25,611 nucleotides of DNA from Micrococcales bacterium (GTDB lineage Bacteria > Actinomycetota > Actinomycetes > Actinomycetales > Dermatophilaceae): NCBI GenBank assembly GCA_031406655.1, contig JANOHS010000581.1:1-25611 (forward strand), read 5' to 3'. Every line of letters begins with the position of its first letter. Positions within the stretch are counted from its first letter, which is position 1. The translations under genes were made by a program, and so were the position numbers. Under the pieces are notes generated by a model. That model worked only from the letters and a program-made list of their open reading frames with translations. It ran no database searches and was not told the DNA's origin. This document shows positions 7,001 to 14,723 of the stretch, one piece after another.

Positions 7001-9533
7001 TGTACATCGGCTTGCCACCGACCGGGTTGTCCGGGATGTCGACCGAGACGATGTAGTCGCCGGGCCGCAGGTTCTGCTCCGCGCCCCCCGTCAGAGGCGC
7101 GTAGAGCGCCAGACCGTCGGGGTTGTGCACGGTGTCACTTGCTGGCCACAGGTTGAGTGTCGAGGTGCCGAACCCGTAGTTGCCGTTGACGGTCTGACCC
7201 GCCGAGAGTGGGTCGGTCGTGTCGCTCGGGCCGATGGCGACGCCCATCATCGGTGCCTCCACGCAGAGCTGGTTGGCGGCCGCGCCGAACGCGGGCAACG
7301 CCTGCTGGTCGGTCAGCGGGGTCCCGTCGTGCTGCCGGGCGGTGCAACCGCGTGGGGGCGCAAAGGACTCCGACGTCGTTGTGTTCAGCTGGGGCCCCTT
7401 CAGCAGAGCACCACGGTTGGGATCGGGGTTGGTGATGAGCGGAACCGGAACCGGGATCGCGGGGTCGGGCTGAACGAAGGTCGGGTCTGGGATCTGCAGC
7501 GGGACGATTGCCTTGCCCTGGCGGCACGCGTTGGCGATGTCCTCGGGGGTGGTTGCCGTGCAGGGAGTCGACGCGTAGAGGTTCACCGGAAGATCCGGGA
7601 TGCCAGGGGAGTAACCCTCGACCGCCGCGTCCGCAGGGTCCAGCTCGTTGCGGGTCGTGTCGTAGAAGACCGTGCCGACGATGCCACCGTTGGTGCCGCT
7701 CTCGTAGGGCTGCACACCCCAGTCGATCTGGCCACGGAGGCCGATCACCGGCAGGAAGGCCAGGTCCACCAGGCCGCCCAGCTTGGTTGTGGCCGTTGGG
7801 TCGTTCTCGGCCTTGTAGGTGATGCCGGTCGTCCGGTACTTGGTGTTGAAGGCTTCCAGGATGAGCCACTTGCTCAGCGGGTAGACCTCACGGATGTCGT
7901 AGGCGCCGGAGGAGTCGGTGACTGCGGTGTTGGTGTACTGGTCCATCAGAGAGTTGTCGCGCTCGCGGACCGTCAGCCCGAAGCCTGGGACACCCTGCTC
8001 CCCGGTATCCAGCCTGCCGTTGGCGTTGTCGTCCACGAACACCCGACCGTGGATGCGGGTGAACCAGCCGACCAGCATCTCGGTGCCGACGTCGGTCACC
8101 GCTCCGCCGGAGACCTCGACGTTGACGCTCCACAGGAGGTAGTCCTGGTCGTCGTCCCACATCGTCAGCTGGTAGGTGCCGTCGGGCACGTGCTCGATGT
8201 TGAAGGAGCCGTTGTCGGCACCACGGCCGACATACACCGCGGTGTCACCCGCGCCCAGGTCGCTCAGGGCCACCCAGGGCTTCTTGATCGGCCCGTCGAT
8301 CTTGGATCCCCCCAGACCCGGCTCCCCCGGGCTCACCAGGCCACCTTGACCACCGATGTACATCAGACCGGCCACCACGACGCCCTTGACACCACCGGTG
8401 ACGGTGGGTGGGGTGGTGAGTGCCCGGGTCTTCACGAAGCCGAACTGCACCGATGGCACCAGCTCGTTGCCCTTGAGCATCTCCGTGTCGAACCCGGTCG
8501 CGCCCTCCTGGCTCCAGATGTCGTGGTCGTGGCCACCCTCCAGGGTCGTGGTCTGGACCCACTGGCCGTCGGTGGTCGCCGGCGGCGTGACGGTGGCACC
8601 CAACCGGTTCGGGCCCATGTTGGGGATGAGGATCAGGCCGCTGGCGTCGCTGACGCAGCGACCCGTGGTAGCTGGGTCGACCACGGGACTACCGTCGGTG
8701 TCGAACTTGATCGGTGCGTTCGGCCTCTGGGCGTCGGTGTAGTCCGCGCCCCCCTCTGTGTGCATGTACTTGGTACACAGGACGTTGCCGTAGTAGTCGA
8801 CTCCGACGTCGCCGAAGATGTCTGCGAGGTGTCCGGTGAAGCCGGCGAGACCCTGCTCGGCGCCGATCTCGTAGGTTGCGTCGACCGGGGTGTTGTCGTT
8901 GAACACCTGGATCCGCAGAGTGGTCAGCGGCAGCGGCGTCGGGTTCATCTCCACGACCACCGGGGTAGCCACCTGGCCCGGTTCAACGGTGAAGTGCTGG
9001 CCGTCGATCTTGTAACCGTCCGCGGTCACGGAGATGAGGTACTTGCCCGGCGGGAGGTCCGCGAGAGCCGTGTCGACATCCAGGTCGCTCTGGTTGCCCT
9101 GGGCGATGATGGGCGCCTGACCCGAGGTCTTGCGCACAGATGGCCACTGGCAGCTGTCGGCGTAGTCCGGGGCCGTACTGCCCATGAAGTTCGGGTCGGT
9201 GGTGCCCGCAACAGTTGCGGATGCCGGAAGGCACGCCTGTGTGCCCTGGGCTGCCGCCGTGCCCGGGTCGCCGGTGTCGTCCAGGTTGATCAGCCACTTG
9301 TACTCGGTGATCGCATCGCCCTTCTGCACCATGCTCACCGCCGGAGGGACCGCAGGACCCACTGCTGGGTTCAGCGACCGGGCGCTGATGACGCTCAGCG
9401 TGATGCTGCCGGGATCCGTTGGGGCCGCCAGAGCTGGCGGTGCCAGAAGGGGCACCGTGAACTGGGCGGCGACGATGGCAAGCGCTGCCAGCACCACGAC
9501 TACCGCACGTCCATGCGTAATCCGACGTCCCAT
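4083..9533 (-). CDS. Very large secreted multidomain protein: SdrD-B/Cna-B-like (carboxypeptidase-regulatory-like) beta-sandwich repeats, IPT/TIG domain, pectin-lyase-like right-handed beta-helix, choice-of-anchor-Q-like C-terminus
   Basis: Start reassigned to ATG 9533 (GGAGG 5 nt upstream), giving 1816 aa. Signal peptide MGRRITHGRAVVVVLAALAIVAAQ...PPALA. Recognised motifs: VFVDDNANGRLDTGEQGVPG (SdrD-B-like, about 7990-8043); PQIFAVN...VTVKGIGFG...SWTDTQVSFVVP (IPT/TIG, about 6050-6230); FNTIQQAL followed by repeated Asn-ladder coils (ITDNVIRGN-type, e.g. LTDNVIRGN, ARNQIRDN, DANVIQAN, TNNTIANN); C-terminal DPMFVDP...NYHL...DIDGQPRP...YDAGSD. Domain names come from motif recognition, not a search. 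Confidence 0.85.
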   Translation of the reverse strand: MGRRITHGRAVVVVLAALAIVAAQFTVPLLAPPALAAPTDPGSITLSVISARSLNPAVGPAVPPAVSMVQKGDAITEYKWLINLDDTGDPGTAAAQGTQACLPASATVAGTTDPNFMGSTAPDYADSCQWPSVRKTSGQAPIIAQGNQSDLDVDTALADLPPGKYLISVTADGYKIDGQHFTVEPGQVATPVVVEMNPTPLPLTTLRIQVFNDNTPVDATYEIGAEQGLAGFTGHLADIFGDVGVDYYGNVLCTKYMHTEGGADYTDAQRPNAPIKFDTDGSPVVDPATTGRCVSDASGLILIPNMGPNRLGATVTPPATTDGQWVQTTTLEGGHDHDIWSQEGATGFDTEMLKGNELVPSVQFGFVKTRALTTPPTVTGGVKGVVVAGLMYIGGQGGLVSPGEPGLGGSKIDGPIKKPWVALSDLGAGDTAVYVGRGADNGSFNIEHVPDGTYQLTMWDDDQDYLLWSVNVEVSGGAVTDVGTEMLVGWFTRIHGRVFVDDNANGRLDTGEQGVPGFGLTVRERDNSLMDQYTNTAVTDSSGAYDIREVYPLSKWLILEAFNTKYRTTGITYKAENDPTATTKLGGLVDLAFLPVIGLRGQIDWGVQPYESGTNGGIVGTVFYDTTRNELDPADAAVEGYSPGIPDLPVNLYASTPCTATTPEDIANACRQGKAIVPLQIPDPTFVQPDPAIPVPVPLITNPDPNRGALLKGPQLNTTTSESFAPPRGCTARQHDGTPLTDQQALPAFGAAANQLCVEAPMMGVAIGPSDTTDPLSAGQTVNGNYGFGTSTLNLWPASDTVHNPDGLALYAPLTGGAEQNLRPGDYIVSVDIPDNPVGGKPMYKATSEEDLNVFDGDSFLPQQNFPPATAQEADGAAPPPPADPTQPSADPSQTGGIVSPCAGALHTVHVTHPAFVDGGGSPFEGMDRPSCEDKLVTVRNAQATAPSFTLFTEVPLPTHFWGITINDLGLALDKRSVNYGEAQGLAHVPVGLYDSFGRLSYTTHTDFNGFYEALVPSTGTFNCPVPAGPCANMYRFVGNDPGQPGALNPDFNPRFRTIATNFQAWPGLYTVTDEAPTQVAATILAPGATAANPTMCDLGAGAPQIFAVNRPYVRNEASAPNRTVTVKGIGFGTAGVLRLNGATRPTTSWTDTQVSFVVPFAFNTGAYALSITRADTGLSTYNALTIHVLGTASASVDGTTAGRPRLAEVGPGRQFNTIQQALEFATPTSAKPFWLVVVWPNAQTTDNPRGEYTENLIVHHQVRIQGVGPGGFQGSTYVPGSIIDGAGFNPDQPSGDNWITLLSGLTYSGNPAVPSAAVVTVLDDPALAGLVPASYNLAIDGFTITGGAQSDFVGNINAITGGVSTPYGATGALITQGGGIYVHNNVRGLRLTDNVIRGNGGSYGGALRVGTPYVGDNNNDNLVVARNQIRDNGGTNLAGAIGLFAGTNNYSVEANAICGNHSAEYGGAVSAFGYNASGGRIIKNRIWFNASYDEGGGVMIAGELPAVPTALSEGSGPVTIDANVIQANLANDDGGGVRLLQTSGNHIRRSRPELITITNNTIANNVSAHEGGGLALDDAVFVNIANNTVVKNLTTATAVTSDGSAAPAGLSTGANSDPLQARLRTTTLFPGSAILANTVFSKPTLLNNVFSDNRAGAFSGGLVSGLGLAGPTDVTNWDMGAADGSGVLSPVSSVIQSADGTDGGTNTTLSDDPMFVDPFDVSVSFLGLRTWPAFRQAVIVTEILPPSLMGNYHLLSSSSPAYGRGAASTLAVWGPGTSGWTYTVNAPSPDIDGQPRPTGIAPNRRYDAGSDQFQP

Positions 9534-9609
9534 GACTGCCTCCACTGAATAGACCATTGGGCGAGTGTTGCGCCGTGGAGTTCAGGGCACGGGCTTCCCC
9601 ACCGCCACC

Positions 9610-9699
9610 TCATGCGACTTTCATGCAGAGCCATCTGCGCGTCATCCACCATCACCTGATGGTCATGAACGGAGCAGATGGCGGTCATCAATCCGTCAT
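9610..9699. promoter_or_regulatory. Helically phased TCAT direct-repeat array, candidate transcription-factor binding region
   Basis: TCAT at 9610, 9621, 9642, 9663, 9685 and 9696, with CCAT at 9631 and TCAC at 9652, on a 10-11 bp period. It lies between the divergent operon and the two-component genes. Confidence 0.5.
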
Positions 9700-10135
9700 C
9701 TGGCTCGCCACGCGACACCTCAGTGGTCCGAGGTCGGTGGGGCCTGTTCTATCCGGCTGCGCGAAACCTGGCCGGTTCGTCATGATCCGGTATGACGTGG
9801 GCGTTTTCCGCGGGGTTGTGCCGGTATGAATGCGATGTGCGCATTGTCGTAGCCCGTTCATGGCCCGTTGGGACCAGAGGCAATAGCTCCATTTGAACGG
9901 GATTGATCACCAGGCGGGCCATTAATCTACCTGGCCCTTACCAAGTCTTTACTTCCGGACGTACATTTTCATAGGTAAGGCGGCCCTTCGGACCGCCTTC
10001 TCGAAAGGCAGGGGTTTGGGGAATGAGACTTTTCGGTTTGCCCGATGGAGCCGGCCGTAGCCCGGCCGCGCACCCGCACTCGACGTCGCACTCCGGCGAT
10101 GTGCTGTTCTCTGTTGAAGCTGGGAGCTGACCGCG

Positions 10136-10810
10136 ATGGCTCTCCTGCTCGTAGCGGATGACGAACCGCGGATCCGCACGGTTCTGAACCGATCGCTGTC
10201 CTCCCAGGGCCATACCGTCTGCGAGGCCTCTGACGGTCAGGCTGCGCTGGACCAGCTCGACTCTCGTGACGTGGACCTCGTCCTGCTCGACCTCGCCATG
10301 CCGCGTCGCGGTGGGCTGGACGTCCTGACTGTGTTGAAACAGCGCGAATCCAGCCCGCCGGTCATCGTGCTGACCGCGGTCACCGAGATGTCCGCCCGGA
10401 TCCAGGCGCTCGACCGCGGCGCGGTGGACGTCGTCGCCAAGCCCTTCTCCACCGTTGAGCTGTCCGCCCGAATCCGTCGGCACCTGCAGCCCAAGGCATC
10501 AGCGCCGTCCGGCGAGCAGCGCTACCTCGAGGTCGGCGGCGTACAGCTCGACCTGCACCGCCGCCGGGCCGTCACCGCCAACGGGCCGGTAAGCCTGACC
10601 GGGCGGGAGTTCGCGTTGCTGGCTCACCTGATGCGGCGCAGCAACGACGTGTGCTCCCGCGAGGAGCTGCTCCACGACATCTGGGACCTGGCCTTCGACC
10701 CCGGCAGCAACGTCGTCGACGTCTGCGTGGGCCGGCTCCGCTCGAAGCTCCAGCCCACCCCTCCGATCGAGACGGTGCGCGGTGCCGGCTACTGCTTCTA
10801 CGACGAATAA
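10136..10810 (+). CDS. OmpR/PhoB-family DNA-binding response regulator
   Basis: 224 aa. Receiver motifs ADDE, DLVLLDLAMP (phospho-Asp), VLTA and KPF; winged-helix motifs LTGREFALL, SREELL..IW, NVVDVCVGRLRSKL and IETVRGAGY. GGGAG RBS upstream. Confidence 0.95.
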   Translation: MALLLVADDEPRIRTVLNRSLSSQGHTVCEASDGQAALDQLDSRDVDLVLLDLAMPRRGGLDVLTVLKQRESSPPVIVLTAVTEMSARIQALDRGAVDVVAKPFSTVELSARIRRHLQPKASAPSGEQRYLEVGGVQLDLHRRRAVTANGPVSLTGREFALLAHLMRRSNDVCSREELLHDIWDLAFDPGSNVVDVCVGRLRSKLQPTPPIETVRGAGYCFYDE

Positions 10811-12044
10811 CCGCGCGTGGCCAGCGCGTTGGAGCGACGTCAGCCTGTTCGACCGCCGACACGTGGTCACGGCATGGACGGTGTGGGGCCTGGGCTGCGT
10901 CATCGCCATGTACCTGCGGCCTGGTCAGGAGACCGTCCCTTACCATCTGGGCTGGGCCGGCTTCGCTCTTGCCTTTGGGCTCGGTATCTGGAGCACCTGG
11001 CAGCTGGTGGTATCCCTGACCTGGTACACGCTCGCCTCAGGGCTCTTCCTCGCTCGCAGCTGGTGGGTGGGCAACGTCGGTTGGGACGAGACCACCGAGA
11101 TCCCGCTCATGTTGTTGCTGGCGTTCCTGATGGTGTGGCACGTGCGGCGCCGCCAGGCAGCCCTGGCCGACGTGACGAAGCTGGCAGAGCGCGAGGTCCA
11201 GGCCTGCCTCGACCGAGAACAGCTGATGCAGCTGACGTCCCACGAGCTGCGCACCCCGTTGACCATCGCCCGGGGCTACCTCGAGCTGCTGCAGTCACGG
11301 GCCACTGAGCTCGAGAACAAGCAGGACCTCGCCGTGGTGTTCGACGAGCTCCAGCGGCTCTCCAGGGTCAGCGACCGGTTGATCCGGATGATCCGGCTGC
11401 AGGACGATACGACCACCGAGATCGTCGACATCGACCATGTGATGGCGGAAGCGGTCGAGCGCTGGCGCGTGGTTGCGGACCGAAGATGGATCCTGGACGC
11501 CCGTGCCGGGCGCGATATCGGGTCGCCCGAGCGGTTGCGCACCGGCCTCGACACGTTGGTCGAGAACGCGATCCGATACACGTCCGAAGGTGACACCATC
11601 CGGGTGGTCGGATCTCGAGACCGCAGGAATGTTGTCGTGGGCGTGTTCGACAGTGGGGCCGGCCTGACCGAGCATCAGATCGCTGCGATCAACGCCGGCG
11701 AAGAGTCCCCGCTGCTCCCCACTACCCAGGACCCGGCAACGGCAACAGACGCGACAACGGATACTGATGCAGCCACGGATGCCGCCGACACGGCAAGGGA
11801 CGGAGCGACGGAATGCGAGGCGGACACCAAGGACGACCTCTCGGGCACCGGCCTCGGCCTGAGCATCGTGCGCGCGCTTGCGAACGCACGCGGGGGGACT
11901 CTGCACGCGTCACGGGCACCCGATGGCGGCGCCGCGATGATCCTCACGTTCCCGCTGGACACGCCTGGTGTCGTCGGGCCGTTCGTACCTCGGCTCGCCT
12001 CAGAAACCACGGGCACCCAGTCCGAGAGGCGCGTGAGCGCGTAG
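10782..12044 (+). CDS. Membrane sensor histidine kinase (HisKA + HATPase_c); start uncertain (GTG 10782 or GTG 10863)
   Basis: N-terminal hydrophobic segments; H-box SHELRTPLTIARGYLE; N-box LVENAIRY; G1 DSGAGL; G2 GTGLGLSIV. Directly follows the response regulator. Confidence 0.92.
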   Translation: MPATASTTNNRAWPARWSDVSLFDRRHVVTAWTVWGLGCVIAMYLRPGQETVPYHLGWAGFALAFGLGIWSTWQLVVSLTWYTLASGLFLARSWWVGNVGWDETTEIPLMLLLAFLMVWHVRRRQAALADVTKLAEREVQACLDREQLMQLTSHELRTPLTIARGYLELLQSRATELENKQDLAVVFDELQRLSRVSDRLIRMIRLQDDTTTEIVDIDHVMAEAVERWRVVADRRWILDARAGRDIGSPERLRTGLDTLVENAIRYTSEGDTIRVVGSRDRRNVVVGVFDSGAGLTEHQIAAINAGEESPLLPTTQDPATATDATTDTDAATDAADTARDGATECEADTKDDLSGTGLGLSIVRALANARGGTLHASRAPDGGAAMILTFPLDTPGVVGPFVPRLASETTGTQSERRVSA

Positions 12045-12046
12045 CT

Positions 12047-12110
12047 CATGGTTCCCGGGGGAGCAAAGAGCTGAAGACCTGAGGCGCGCTTGTTCTCGCG
12101 GGGAACCATG
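12047..12110 (+). terminator. Imperfect inverted repeat just downstream of the kinase stop, possible terminator
   Basis: CATGGTTCCC (12047-12056) pairs with GGGAACCATG (12101-12110), with a further imperfect inner stem and a ~23-nt loop; no U-tract. Confidence 0.4.
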
Positions 12111-12182
12111 CTGCGCCAAGGAGGTCCGGCGGTTCGCCGTCGGTCTGCCGATGCCCGCGGAATGGCCCTCGAAGCGTCTATG

Positions 12183-12188
12183 TAGGCT
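12183..12188 (+). promoter_or_regulatory. Putative -10 hexamer (TAGGCT) of a leaderless nuoA transcript
   Basis: TAnnnT hexamer ending 7 nt before GTG 12196; no clear Shine-Dalgarno sequence in between. Confidence 0.45.
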
Positions 12189-12195
12189 GTCCCGC

Positions 12196-12555
12196 GTGTC
12201 CCCATACCTGACCGTTGCCGGAGCAGTCCTCGCTGGGGGGTTCCTCTTCCTCGCAGCGATGGTGGCCGGTCGGCTGTTCGCGCCGAGTGCGCCGACGACC
12301 GCGAAGCTCAAGACCTACGAGTGCGGTGTCGACCCCGTTGGGGAGGGGTGGGCGCAGACCAATGTGCGCTACTTTCTCTACGCCTTTCTGTACCTGATCT
12401 TCGCCGTTGACGCGGTCTACCTCTTTCCTTGGGCCACGGTGATCCGCAGCGCGGATCTCGGCATGGCCTCCCTCGCCGAGATGGGCATCTTCATCGGTGT
12501 GCTCCTGGTCGGGCTGGCCCACGCCGCCCGGCGTGGGCTGCTCCGGTGGATCTGA
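12196..12555 (+). CDS. nuoA: NADH-quinone oxidoreductase subunit A
   Basis: 119 aa from GTG 12196; three TM segments; [25 protein letters not shown] and RRGLLRW motifs. Confidence 0.92.
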   Translation: MSPYLTVAGAVLAGGFLFLAAMVAGRLFAPSAPTTAKLKTYECGVDPVGEGWAQTNVRYFLYAFLYLIFAVDAVYLFPWATVIRSADLGMASLAEMGIFIGVLLVGLAHAARRGLLRWI

Positions 12556-12595
12556 TGTCCTCGGTTCCGCTGACGTTGAATGCCGTGGTGAACCG

Positions 12596-13216
12596 ATGAC
12601 CGTTCAGCTGCCCATGCCTCGAGTCGGGCCGGTCACCGGTGACGCGCCCCGCCCGATCAAGGTCGTTCTCAACTGGGGCCGGCGCTACAGCCTGTGGGTG
12701 TTCAACTTCGGGCTTGCCTGCTGCGCCATCGAGTTCATCGCCGCATCCATGGCGCGACACGACTTCATCCGTCTTGGCGTCATCCCCTTCGCGCCGAGCC
12801 CACGCCAGGCGGACCTGATGGTTGTCTCCGGCACGGTCACGGACAAGATGGCCCCGGTGATCCGCAGGTTGTACGACCAGATGCCCGAGCCCAAGTACGT
12901 CATCTCGTTCGGCGCCTGCTCCAACAGCGGGGGCCCCTACTGGGACTCCTACTCCGTCACCAAGGGCGTCGACCAGCTCATGCCGGTCGACGTCTATGTG
13001 CCGGGCTGCCCGCCGCGACCAGAGGCGCTTCTGCAGGGCATCATCCGTCTACAGGAGAAGATCGGCTCAGAAACGTTGTCCAACAAGGCTATTCGTGCAA
13101 AGTATGCCGGGTCGCGCCACGCCGCGGCTGGCGAGGTCACCCGTGGCCTGCTGACCCGGCCGCAACCAGCCAGCTCAGAGGCAACCGGCCGCGAGACCGG
13201 TGGAGAGCTGTCGTGA
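12596..13216 (+). CDS. nuoB: NADH-quinone oxidoreductase subunit B (N2 Fe-S cluster)
   Basis: Start ATG 12596; [33 protein letters not shown] and [16 protein letters not shown] motifs. Confidence 0.95.
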   Translation: MTVQLPMPRVGPVTGDAPRPIKVVLNWGRRYSLWVFNFGLACCAIEFIAASMARHDFIRLGVIPFAPSPRQADLMVVSGTVTDKMAPVIRRLYDQMPEPKYVISFGACSNSGGPYWDSYSVTKGVDQLMPVDVYVPGCPPRPEALLQGIIRLQEKIGSETLSNKAIRAKYAGSRHAAAGEVTRGLLTRPQPASSEATGRETGGELS

Positions 13217-13764
13217 ACGAGACGCCTTGTCGCGATGTCCCCCTGCTTGAGTGGACGGCCGCGCTGAGCACTGCCCGCGACGAGGGCTTCGACTTCTTCG
13301 ACTGGCTGACCGCGGTGGATGAGCAGGATGCCGAGGAGAACCCCGGTTTCGACCTCGTCTGCCACCTCATGAACAGCTCGACCGGCAAGGGTTCGCTGGC
13401 TCGGGTCCTCATCCGCACCCGGGTGCCCAACGGTCAGTCGGCTGCCAGTGCAACGGGTGTGTGGGCCGGCGCGGCGTGGCACGAACGCGAGACCCACGAG
13501 ATGTTCGGCGTGGACTTCGAAGGGTTCGACGACGGGACCGGCCTGGGTCTGCGACCGCTGCTGCTTCCCGACGGCTTCGACGGCACACCGCTGCGCAAGA
13601 CGTTCGTCCTGGCGTCACGTGCCAGCAAGGCATGGCCCGGCGCCAAGGAGCCCGGCGAGGGCGCGGGTGGCCCGGCGGACGGCGAGGCGAAGCCCGACAA
13701 GCCGGGTCGCCGCAAGACGGTCCAAGCGCCGGGCGTGCCCGACAGCACGTGGGGACCACGGTGA
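13213..13764 (+). CDS. nuoC: NADH-quinone oxidoreductase subunit C
   Basis: GTGA overlap with the nuoB stop; [22 protein letters not shown] and PLRKTF motifs; Pro/Gly/Lys-rich tail. Confidence 0.9.
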   Translation: MNETPCRDVPLLEWTAALSTARDEGFDFFDWLTAVDEQDAEENPGFDLVCHLMNSSTGKGSLARVLIRTRVPNGQSAASATGVWAGAAWHERETHEMFGVDFEGFDDGTGLGLRPLLLPDGFDGTPLRKTFVLASRASKAWPGAKEPGEGAGGPADGEAKPDKPGRRKTVQAPGVPDSTWGPR

Positions 13765-14723
13765 ACGCCTGGCTCGACGTACTCGTGCGTCTGGTGATCC
13801 TGTTGCTCGCCTTCGTCGTGATGTCGCTGGTCGTCGGCCAGACCGAGCACAAGGTGATGGCGCACATGCAGGGCCGACTGGGCCCGATGTATGCCGGCGG
13901 GTTCCACGGGTGGGCGCAGCTGGTGGCCGACGCGGTCAAGTTCGTCCAGAAGGAGGACGTCACCCCGCGCGCCGCCGACCGGGTGGTGTTCAAGCTGGCT
14001 CCGGCTGTCGCGCTGGCGCCTTATCTCGTTGCGTTTGCGGTCATTCCGATCTCCCCGACACTGGTAGCAGCAGACGTCGACGCAAGCGTGCTGTTCGTCC
14101 TTGCGGCCAGCGCCGTCGGCATCCTCGGCGTCCTGATGGCGGGTTGGTCCAGCGCCAACAAGTACTCCCTGCTCGGTGGCATGCGTGCGGCGGCGCAGCT
14201 GCTCAGCTACGAGCTGCCCATGGTCCTTTCGGCAGCGTCGGTCGCCCTCGCGGCCGGGAGCCTGTCCCTGACGGGCATCGTCGACGTCTGGCACCCGATG
14301 TGGTTGCTGTGGCAGCTCCCCGGAGCATTCGTCTTCCTGGTCGCCGCGGTCGCCGAGCTCAAGCGCACTCCCTTCGACATGCCGGTCGCCGAACCCGAGA
14401 TCGTCATGGGACCGCTGACCGAGTACTCCGGCCTCAGGTTCGCGTTCTTCATGCTCTCCGAGTACGCGGGCATCGTCGTGATGTCCCTGTTGTTCACCGT
14501 GCTCTTCCTGGGCGGGTCGAACGGCCCGTTCTCGGACGCCCTGGGTCCGGTGTGGACGCTCGTCAAGAGCGCGCTCATCTCCGTGCTGATCATCTGGCTG
14601 CGCGTGTCCTGGCCGCGCCTGCGTGAGGACCAGCTTCAGCGTCTGGCCTGGCTGGTTCTCGTCCCCCTGGCGCTGGCTCAGCTGGCCCTGACCGCAGTTT
14701 GGGTGGTGTTGAGCTCGCGATGA
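13761..14723 (+). CDS. nuoH: NADH-quinone oxidoreductase subunit H
   Basis: GTGA overlap; [42 protein letters not shown]...TEYSG and PRLREDQL motifs. Confidence 0.95.
   Translation: MNAWLDVLVRLVILLLAFVVMSLVVGQTEHKVMAHMQGRLGPMYAGGFHGWAQLVADAVKFVQKEDVTPRAADRVVFKLAPAVALAPYLVAFAVIPISPTLVAADVDASVLFVLAASAVGILGVLMAGWSSANKYSLLGGMRAAAQLLSYELPMVLSAASVALAAGSLSLTGIVDVWHPMWLLWQLPGAFVFLVAAVAELKRTPFDMPVAEPEIVMGPLTEYSGLRFAFFMLSEYAGIVVMSLLFTVLFLGGSNGPFSDALGPVWTLVKSALISVLIIWLRVSWPRLREDQLQRLAWLVLVPLALAQLALTAVWVVLSSR

Noticed and set aside
4056-9548. 1830-aa ORF on the + strand
   Set aside because: It is the exact in-register antisense of the real minus-strand gene (offset 27 nt). It stays open because TTA, CTA and TCA codons are avoided in high-GC genes. 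The translation is Arg/Gly/Val-rich with no recognisable motif.
9500-10483. Small ORFs in or across the divergent intergenic region (9500-9718, 9557-9829, 9565-9795, 9938-10483, 9949-10179)
   Set aside because: No recognisable motifs, weak or absent RBS, and overlaps with real genes; the region is better explained as regulatory.
12694-13760. Apparent longer or fused nuoC (from 12694) and nuoH (from 13461) ORFs that might hide nuoD
   Set aside because: The extensions are alternative frames of nuoB and nuoC. GTGA overlaps define the true starts, and no NuoD motifs are present.
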